A stretch of 18,763 nt of DNA from an uncultured Myxococcales bacterium (GTDB lineage: Bacteria; Myxococcota; UBA4151). This document shows positions 7,761 to 14,379 of the stretch, one piece after another; the first letter of the stretch is position 1; every line of letters starts with the position of its first letter. The stretch is from contig CAXGWI010000062.1 of the NCBI GenBank assembly GCA_964013405.1, positions 1-18,763 of the forward strand, given 5' to 3'. Position numbers and translations under genes: made by a program. Under the pieces are notes generated by a model, which saw nothing but the letters and a program-made list of their open reading frames with translations, was not told the origin of the DNA and ran no database searches.

Positions 7761-8950
7761 GAGTCGACTCCCATCAGGGCATCACGTAGGGGCCCGAGAC
7801 CATAGATCGAGCCAAAGGCTACCAACTTCAGTTCCGCCTCTGCGGCAGCGGAAGACATCAACGAGAGGGCCTCCCGTCGATTAACGACCTGTGTGGATGC
7901 GCCCAACTCAGCCAATACACGCTCGATGCTCTGACCAGGAACAGCTTTGGGATGGTCGGCTTCCACGATGTAGAAGTGGCGGGCGGTGGGTAGAAAGGGG
8001 GCGAGGACCCGAGGGTCTCGACCACAGAGGCTCACGAGTGCATCGACGGGAGCGGGGATCTGCTGGGCCAGGGCAGTGATCGCTGCTTCGTTATGGGCCG
8101 CATCCATGAGCAACCCACCCACCCGCTCTCCCCGCATCGGATTTCGGAGTTCATCGATGCCTGCTTGGACGGCCTCCTGCTGGTCGAGACCAAGGCGAGT
8201 TGCCGTTGCGACGCCTGTCGCCACCGCATCCCACAACATGTCCAACTGAATCCTCTCGGGGCGCTGGGCGATCACGTGATGACTCCTCACGCTCGTTCGA
8301 TCGACGCTCCAGTGCCTTCCGTTTAGCCAAAGGTCTGCATTCGTGGCTTCAGCCTGAGCCCAATAGGGCTGCATCCCCGGGCCCAGGATCAACGGACGGG
8401 AGGGCCGAGCGACAGCCAACTTTTCCCCAGCAATCTCCGCCAGGGTATCCCCTAAATACTCCTGGTGATCGAGGGCCACACTGGTGACGACAGACACTTC
8501 GGGGTCGCTCTGATTCACCGCATCCCACCGTCCGCCCATCCCCACTTCGAGCACGGCGAGGTCAACGGTTGCTGTGGCGAACAGATCGAAGGCGAGGGCC
8601 GTGCTTAGCTCAAAGAAGGTGGCTTCACCGTCATCGGCCCGACGCAGGGATGCCGCCAGCGTCTCGTCGTCTACCTCCGCACCATCGATGCGAAAACGTT
8701 GGTTCAAGCGGCTGCGGTGGGGCGATGTAAAAAGCCCCGTGCGCAGACCATGGGCCCGGGCGACCGCCTCGACGGTGCGAGCACATGTACCCTTGCCATT
8801 GGTCCCGGCGATGACGACGGTCCGTAGAGAACGAGAGGGATAACCAAGGGCCGCATCCAGGCGACCGATCCCCGTCAAATCTTGGCGAATTCGCCCCCGC
8901 CGGCGAGCGTAGATCGCCTCCAGCTGTTGGGCCAGTGTCGTGGCACTCAC
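7757..8950 (-). CDS. folC: Folylpolyglutamate synthase/dihydrofolate synthase
   Basis: IAGTNGKG P-loop, GLFTSPH, TFFE, EVGMGGRWDAVN, VTSVALDH, EIAGEK, DAAHN and FGSIY. Follows accD with a GTGA overlap, a classic synteny. Confidence 0.93.
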   Translation of the reverse strand: MSATTLAQQLEAIYARRRGRIRQDLTGIGRLDAALGYPSRSLRTVVIAGTNGKGTCARTVEAVARAHGLRTGLFTSPHRSRLNQRFRIDGAEVDDETLAASLRRADDGEATFFELSTALAFDLFATATVDLAVLEVGMGGRWDAVNQSDPEVSVVTSVALDHQEYLGDTLAEIAGEKLAVARPSRPLILGPGMQPYWAQAEATNADLWLNGRHWSVDRTSVRSHHVIAQRPERIQLDMLWDAVATGVATATRLGLDQQEAVQAGIDELRNPMRGERVGGLLMDAAHNEAAITALAQQIPAPVDALVSLCGRDPRVLAPFLPTARHFYIVEADHPKAVPGQSIERVLAELGASTQVVNRREALSLMSSAAAEAELKLVAFGSIYGLGPLRDALMGVDS

Positions 8951-9777
8951 GCGGAGGCGGGGCGGGTGCGTTCGATCAACTCGGCCACGAGGCCTGGTAA
9001 GAGGTCCCGAGGAACAACACGGTCGATGAGACCGTGCTCAAGGAGGAACTCGGAGCGCTGGAACCCTTCGGGCAGCTTCTGCCGAATCGTCTGCTCGATG
9101 ACACGGGGGCCTGCAAAGCCGATCAGGGCCTTGGGTTCAGCGATGATGAAATCACCCAGCATCGCAAACGAAGCAGCGACCCCACCGGTGGTCGGATCAG
9201 TCAGGATGGAGATGAATGGAAAAGAGGACCCGCTGCGATAGCGATGGAGAAGCCCTGAAATTCGAGCCATTTGCATCAGGGAGAGGATCCCCTCCTGCAT
9301 GCGGGCACCACCACTGGCGCTGATAATCACAAGGGCTTCGTCAGCTTCCGTGGCTCGCTCGATTTGGCGGCAGATCAACTCACCGACGGCCGAGCCCATC
9401 GAGCCCCCCATGAAGCCAAAGTCAAAGCTACCCGCTTGGACCGAATAGCCGCCGATCTCGCCGGCACCAGCCACATAGGCGGCTTGATTGCCGGTCTTCT
9501 TCCGGTAGCGGTCCAGTCTCTGGGGATAGGCCTGGGTGTCGGTGAACTCAAGGGGGTCGCCGCTGGTCACGTCTGCATCGTGACGGGTCCAAGGACCATC
9601 AAACAGCATATCGAGGCGTTGGGCGGCGCTTAGGCGGTGGTGGTGACCGCAGCGGCTACATACCCACTGGTTTTCCTCCAACTCATGGGTCAGCATCAGG
9701 GCTTTGCAGCCCAAGCAGTGACGGTACAATCCAGTTGGGACCTGAACTTTCTTCTCGACCTCGGGCGCCTCGCTCAT
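8947..9777 (-). CDS. accD: Acetyl-CoA carboxylase carboxyltransferase beta subunit
   Basis: C4 zinc finger (CLGC...CSRC), FMGGSMGS, SGGARMQEG, PTTGGVAAS, IGFAGPRVIEQTI and LPEGFQRSEFLLEHGLID. An AGGGAG RBS lies 8 nt upstream. Confidence 0.97.
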   Translation of the reverse strand: MSEAPEVEKKVQVPTGLYRHCLGCKALMLTHELEENQWVCSRCGHHHRLSAAQRLDMLFDGPWTRHDADVTSGDPLEFTDTQAYPQRLDRYRKKTGNQAAYVAGAGEIGGYSVQAGSFDFGFMGGSMGSAVGELICRQIERATEADEALVIISASGGARMQEGILSLMQMARISGLLHRYRSGSSFPFISILTDPTTGGVAASFAMLGDFIIAEPKALIGFAGPRVIEQTIRQKLPEGFQRSEFLLEHGLIDRVVPRDLLPGLVAELIERTRPASA

Positions 9778-9850
9778 GGCCTCGTCTCCCTACTAGGCGT
9801 CGCGATGGCACAGGGGGCGCCCAGCGGGCAAGCACAGCCTTATGTGGGCC

Positions 9851-11380
9851 TTATTGTCCTGCGGGCAGCGGGATGCTGAAACTTCCATCACCCCCTGCAA
9901 TACCCTCACCGAGAAGCACCGCACGTCCAGCGAACCGTAAATCCCGGGAGAAGACCTGAATCAACGTGTTGCCCCCGCCCGAATGACCGGAGACCTCACC
10001 ACTAAAGAGTGTCCCCTCCTCGATCTGTAACTCAACGCTCAACTCGTCCCGCAAGGACAAGAGCCGTAACAATCGGGGATAGGGTGCCGAGGGCACGACG
10101 AAGAGTGCAACCTCACCCGGTGGCAGGGACAATTCGAAGCGTCCATTCTCGTCGGTCTGGTGCTCAAGAATCCACTCTTGTTGCCCCCAAGGACCCAGAT
10201 CTTCGCTTCGGTCCGCACCCATGAACTGTTGGAAGACCAATCGTGCTCCAGCCGCGGGTTGTCCTCCCGACAAGAGAACTGAACCGGTCATTCGCACCCG
10301 TTTCGCGAGCGTCACCACCATCTCCTGATGGCCGAGATGGGCTACTTCAAGCCCTAGACCGATCACGGGCGCCAGATCATCTCTGCCTCGCGGGTGGATA
10401 TCCACCCACCAACTGCCCTGGGCCAACTGCAGCATGGTGGGGACATCAGCCTGGGTTTCAATTCGATGTCGGATTAAGCCCGCAGCCGCCGCAGGCCGAA
10501 GCACCAGGTCGCAAGCAAGAGGCCTCGAGTCCTGCCCGGAACGAATCGTAACAGCGACCGGAATCGCAGGTCCATCAAACACGGCAGTGACCTCGCCCCA
10601 CGCTCCATCACCCACCGGCCGAGCCGACATCAGTTGACCGGACACCGCGGGGTCATCGCTGTCGATCAACAGGCGGACATCGGTGACATCCTCCCGAACC
10701 AACAGCTCAAACCGCCCATCTTCATCGGACTGCCCCCGACCGCTCACTCGATGCCCGTCCACATCTTGAAGCCGCAACGACCGGCCAGCCAAAGGGAGCC
10801 CCCCTTCGGATAGGAGACGCCCCGTGACCCGCTTGGGTGCTTCCACAAGGCGAAACAAAACGTTTTGCCCGTCAAGATTCGACTGGGGGACCAGAATCTG
10901 GGCGTCAGTGGGCGGCAAGCCGGAGGCTTCCGGATAGAATCGGAGTTGCCAGTCGGTCCCCTCCGTCAAAACCAAACTACCGCTCCCCTCTTCCGACACC
11001 AGGGCCTGCCGCTGGACGGGAGCGCCCGGGATGCTCTGCTGACGAGATGCGATCACTCGGCCTGGCATGGGGCGACCATCGGCGCCTTCCGCCCTCAGAT
11101 CCACCGTAAGCTCGGCCAGCAGACTCAAATCGAGACGGGCGCTATTGCTTAGATCCACATCGAGCAATTGCTGGCTTCGGTGGTCCCGATGGAGATTAAG
11201 CGCCACTCGCTCGAAGGGGATCTGGGGATCAAAACAACGGTTGAAGATACACTGCTTCGAAGCATCCCTGCAGGGGGTCTCCACATCACAGAAAGGCTGT
11301 TCGGGTTCCGTGCCCAACTGCAGTAGTCCTTCGACACAGCCGGCGCCGAGAAGGAGCAAAAGAGCAAAACAAGCTCTCAT
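9851..11380 (-). CDS. Putative lipoprotein with a small Cys-rich module and tandem carboxypeptidase-regulatory-like (transthyretin/Ig-like) beta-sandwich repeats
   Basis: Signal peptide and lipobox MRACFALLLLLGAG-C; module CDVETPCRDASKQCIFNRC; repeated units VTGRLLSEGGLPLAG...SDEDGRFEL, MTGSVLLSGGQPAAGA...TDENGRFELSLPPG and FSGEV...GDGSFSIPLP. Confidence 0.75.
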   Translation of the reverse strand: MRACFALLLLLGAGCVEGLLQLGTEPEQPFCDVETPCRDASKQCIFNRCFDPQIPFERVALNLHRDHRSQQLLDVDLSNSARLDLSLLAELTVDLRAEGADGRPMPGRVIASRQQSIPGAPVQRQALVSEEGSGSLVLTEGTDWQLRFYPEASGLPPTDAQILVPQSNLDGQNVLFRLVEAPKRVTGRLLSEGGLPLAGRSLRLQDVDGHRVSGRGQSDEDGRFELLVREDVTDVRLLIDSDDPAVSGQLMSARPVGDGAWGEVTAVFDGPAIPVAVTIRSGQDSRPLACDLVLRPAAAAGLIRHRIETQADVPTMLQLAQGSWWVDIHPRGRDDLAPVIGLGLEVAHLGHQEMVVTLAKRVRMTGSVLLSGGQPAAGARLVFQQFMGADRSEDLGPWGQQEWILEHQTDENGRFELSLPPGEVALFVVPSAPYPRLLRLLSLRDELSVELQIEEGTLFSGEVSGHSGGGNTLIQVFSRDLRFAGRAVLLGEGIAGGDGSFSIPLPAGQ

Positions 11381-11985
11381 GGGGTCAACTCCTCAGGGCA
11401 ATCCTCGTCATCGGAAAAGACGAGAAGCCACCAGACATGGTCAAATCGCCCCTCGTCTGGAACCGCCCTATTCAGCGGCTCGGTCCCGCTTAAAAAGTCC
11501 CGGTCGCTGACCACAGCCTCTAACTGATGCGCCGCTGCTGCCCCCACCCTCAAGCCATTAGGAAAATGCCGCGGTGAGTTGAATTGGAGTCGAAAGGAGG
11601 TGCCGACGCGCCGGGTCGTCACCTGCTCCCGAGGCAGCAGGCTATCCTGAGCGATCGCCGTGTTGGCGTCGCCATCGTAATCGACGAACCACCGCACATA
11701 CAGGATGTCGTTCAGGTCCATCTCATCGACGGCTCCGATCCGAAACTCCTGTTCTGAGCAGTTCGCGTTGAGTTGCACGATTCCCCCCGACGGTGTCGTC
11801 TGCTCCGGCGCGATCGCCGGTGCCCGATTGATCGGCGCCCCACCCGCATCAGCGATCGGGGCGTCAACAGGCGCAAGACAGCCTGACATGACAAAGAGCG
11901 AAACCGAGGCCAACACCGCTCTAAGAGCCGCTATTTCAATGGCTTTCACAATGCCGCTACTGGGCGCCCAAGACATCGGTGTCAT
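11377..11985 (-). CDS. Hypothetical lipoprotein
   Basis: Hydrophobic stretch ending in lipobox-like VMSG-C, a P/A-rich tether, then a globular part (DEMDLNDILYVRWFVDY...LEAVVSDR...HVWW). ATGA overlaps at both ends. An alternative GTG at 11949 would give a more typical signal (MKAIEIAALRAVLASVSLFVMSGC). Confidence 0.72.
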   Translation of the reverse strand: MTPMSWAPSSGIVKAIEIAALRAVLASVSLFVMSGCLAPVDAPIADAGGAPINRAPAIAPEQTTPSGGIVQLNANCSEQEFRIGAVDEMDLNDILYVRWFVDYDGDANTAIAQDSLLPREQVTTRRVGTSFRLQFNSPRHFPNGLRVGAAAAHQLEAVVSDRDFLSGTEPLNRAVPDEGRFDHVWWLLVFSDDEDCPEELTP

Positions 11986-13736
11986 GCCTCCTGCCCAGAA
12001 TCATCGCGACTCATGTAACGGAAGATCGTCCGGGGATCGACATCGAGTTGTCTCGCCGCTTCGGTCCTGTTGCCGCCACATTTGGCGACCGTTTCAAGCA
12101 CCAAGCGGGTGCGGAACCGCTCGACGGCCTCTTGGAGGGAGCGTCCGGCCTCAGGGGCAGCAACCGCCTCTAGGCCAAGGTCTTCCGGACCGATCTCCCG
12201 TCGCTCGCTATCCCCTAAGAGCACTGCTCTTTGAACCCGGTTCTGCAGTTCCCGCACATTGCCAGGCCAGCGGTGCGCCAAGAGAACAGAAATCGCCTCA
12301 CTGCCAAGAGTCCAGCCGTCATCCGTATCGCTGAGAAAGGTCTTGGCTAGCAGGAGGATATCCTCCCCCCGCTCCCGCAGGGGCGGCAGATGAACGTCCA
12401 CTTGCCACAAACGGTAAAACAGATCCTCCCGGAAACTCCCCTCCTCGACGGCCTGGTCGAGCGCGACATGGGTCGCTGATAACACCCGAAGGTCCACGGC
12501 AACCGGCTTATTGGAGCCCACCGGAGTCACGACGCCCTCCTCCAAGACCCGCAAGATCTTCACCTGCAATGGCAGGGGCATTTCACCGATTTCGTCGAGG
12601 AGCAGGGTGCCACCATCTGCTTCAACGAATCGCCCCTTCCGGTCCCGGCTCGCACCGGTAAATGCTCCTTTCTTATGGCCAAAGAGCTCCGCTTCGAGCA
12701 GTTCACTGGGAATCGCCCCGCAGTTGATGGCCACGAAGGGGCCTGAGCGCCGATAGCTCCGATCGTGAATCTCCCGGGCCACCAATTCTTTTCCGGTCCC
12801 TGTCTCGCCCAAAATCATGACCGCAGCGTCGGAGCGAGCAATCCGCTCCACCCGTTCAAAAACCGCCGACATGCCTTCACAGGCACCGATCAAGCGGCCC
12901 ATTCGCACCGCTTCGAGTTGGGACCTCAAAAGCGCCCGTTCCTTCTGCAGCCCTTCCACCTGCTCCGCGAGTTCAACGAGAATACAGGCGATGGCCGAAA
13001 ACACCTCGAGGACACGGAGCGTGGCCGGATCGAATCGGTTCACGGCCCGGCCACTGCCTAGATGAATCAGCCCCATCAGTTCCTCGCCCCGCATCAGGGG
13101 TAAACCGATGGCCGCCCGCAAGCGGAGGTCGATGACTGATTGGGCTTCGGCCAGGGCTGGGTCACTCAAAACATCGGCCACCATCAAAGGTTGGCGACGA
13201 CCGCGCACCTGATCCAGAAGCGTATCGCTTAAAAGGACGGGCTCCGATTGTTCCTCGGCGCCGCCACTGCGGGCAACGACAGAGGGTGTGTTGTTCTCTA
13301 AAAGGACCACATAACCGCTGTCTGCCTCTGCGAGGGCAACGCAATAGTCGAGAAGCTGCTGAATCAGTTGATCCGGAGGCATCCCACTTTGCACCCGCCG
13401 AGCGAACGACGTGAGGGCGGTCAATCCCTCCTCCCCGAGGGCGAATGCTGCCTGGGGCTTCTCAAGGCTGTGACGATAGGTGAGTTGGTGGGGGCCGACG
13501 TCGATCCGGTCACCATCTTCGAGCAGGATCTCCCGCACCTTGGCGCCGTTCACCTGCGTGTGGGCCCGGGCCAACAAGCGATGCCCCTTGCCATCCTCAA
13601 GAAGTTGGAAATGCCCCGGCTCGACCCCGCTGGCTTCAGGCAACTGGAGGTCACAGCCCGCCCCACTGCCGACCACACTCAGCGGCCGGTACAACTCGAG
13701 GCTTTCGCTGCCGTCAGCGCGAACGAGGTAGGGCAT
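11982..13736 (-). CDS. Sigma54-dependent enhancer-binding protein with FHA-GAF-AAA+-Fis HTH architecture
   Basis: Walker A GETGTGKE, FVAINCGAIP, ELFGHKKGAFTGA, Walker B LLLDEIGE, FREDLFYRL, WPGNVRELQN and HTH GNRTEAARQLDVDPRTIFRY. N-terminal FHA-like fold (VVGSGAGCDLQL...H...VNG...LEDGDRIDVG) followed by a GAF-like region. Start set at ATG 13736 because GGAGG lies 9 nt upstream; the longer ORF-track extension overlaps the upstream gene. Confidence 0.93.
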   Translation of the reverse strand: MPYLVRADGSESLELYRPLSVVGSGAGCDLQLPEASGVEPGHFQLLEDGKGHRLLARAHTQVNGAKVREILLEDGDRIDVGPHQLTYRHSLEKPQAAFALGEEGLTALTSFARRVQSGMPPDQLIQQLLDYCVALAEADSGYVVLLENNTPSVVARSGGAEEQSEPVLLSDTLLDQVRGRRQPLMVADVLSDPALAEAQSVIDLRLRAAIGLPLMRGEELMGLIHLGSGRAVNRFDPATLRVLEVFSAIACILVELAEQVEGLQKERALLRSQLEAVRMGRLIGACEGMSAVFERVERIARSDAAVMILGETGTGKELVAREIHDRSYRRSGPFVAINCGAIPSELLEAELFGHKKGAFTGASRDRKGRFVEADGGTLLLDEIGEMPLPLQVKILRVLEEGVVTPVGSNKPVAVDLRVLSATHVALDQAVEEGSFREDLFYRLWQVDVHLPPLRERGEDILLLAKTFLSDTDDGWTLGSEAISVLLAHRWPGNVRELQNRVQRAVLLGDSERREIGPEDLGLEAVAAPEAGRSLQEAVERFRTRLVLETVAKCGGNRTEAARQLDVDPRTIFRYMSRDDSGQEA

Positions 13737-14379
13737 CAACCCGCTCCTCCCAAGCCAACCACAAGTCCCCCACCAAGGCGGCTCCTCCAACGAGGGCGCC
13801 GAGGAATTGGACCGCAGTCCAACCCTGCATGGCGCTGGCCCGATCGAGGGGCACCAAGCCATCGGCACCAACCTGCCCCCGGGCCATCCAATAGCCAAAG
13901 ACATTGACGGCCAAGCCAATCCCTTCTGCCACCGCAAAACCCGCGCCCCGACCGTGATCCCCAAACTGCCAATGGCAATAGCCGAAGGGAACAAAACAAC
14001 GCTGTCTCCGCTCGGTGGCGGTGACGGTCACCACCCGTTCGACCACCTGGGGTTTGGGAGGCGGAACTTCACGAACGAGGGCTTCGAACCATGCCCGCTC
14101 CTTTGGTGGCGATAAGAAAGGGTCGAGCCCCGTCACGGGGGCGAGTCGGAGCGAGGCCCGGGCCTGCGTATCTGCCAAAGACTGTTGACCCAGCCGAAAG
14201 TGGCAGATCGCCGCCAGTCGATAAATCTCGCCACGCCCAGTTCGACTGCGACTCGCGTCGAGCGCAAGGCCTCGTAATTCAATCACCTTTTTGCAGTCAG
14301 AAAGCTCAAAGGCCGACCGGACGGCCTCAAGGTCGCCTACAGCAAAAATCGCTAGGGAGAGGAGCAGTCCACCCGCCAC
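13714..14379 (-). CDS. Hypothetical exported/membrane protein with a TPR-like N-terminal domain and C-terminal Gly-rich hydrophobic helices
   Basis: Short hydrophobic N-terminus; helical EIYRLAAICHFRLGQQSLADTQARASLRLAP...LDPFLSPP; Pro linker; then FVPFGYCHWQFG, GAGFAVAEGIGLAVNVFGYW and AVQFLGALVGGAALVG. It fills the space between kinase and activator with 28-bp and 23-bp overlaps. Confidence 0.75.
   Translation of the reverse strand: MAGGLLLSLAIFAVGDLEAVRSAFELSDCKKVIELRGLALDASRSRTGRGEIYRLAAICHFRLGQQSLADTQARASLRLAPVTGLDPFLSPPKERAWFEALVREVPPPKPQVVERVVTVTATERRQRCFVPFGYCHWQFGDHGRGAGFAVAEGIGLAVNVFGYWMARGQVGADGLVPLDRASAMQGWTAVQFLGALVGGAALVGDLWLAWEERVDALPRSR
13746..13750 (-). promoter_or_regulatory. 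Shine-Dalgarno (GGAGG) for the sigma54 activator, lying inside the 3' end of the upstream gene
   Basis: The minus strand reads gGGAGGagcgggttgATG. Confidence 0.65.

Noticed and set aside
9806..9820. Sigma54-like TGGCAC-N5-GCGC on the plus strand in the gap upstream of accD
   Set aside because: The GG-N10-GC spacing fits, but the -12 element lacks TT and the site points antisense to every gene; probably chance in GC-rich DNA.
11942..11956. CGGCAT-N5-AAGC on the minus strand just downstream of the activator gene, as a possible sigma54 promoter for the lipoproteins
   Set aside because: The -12 match is poor, and the site covers or lies downstream of the plausible start codons, leaving no suitable start for the signal peptide.
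13737..13994. 86-aa N-terminal extension of the sigma54 activator
   Set aside because: It overlaps the 221-aa gene in another frame; a strong GGAGG precedes ATG 13736 and the FHA fold starts there.
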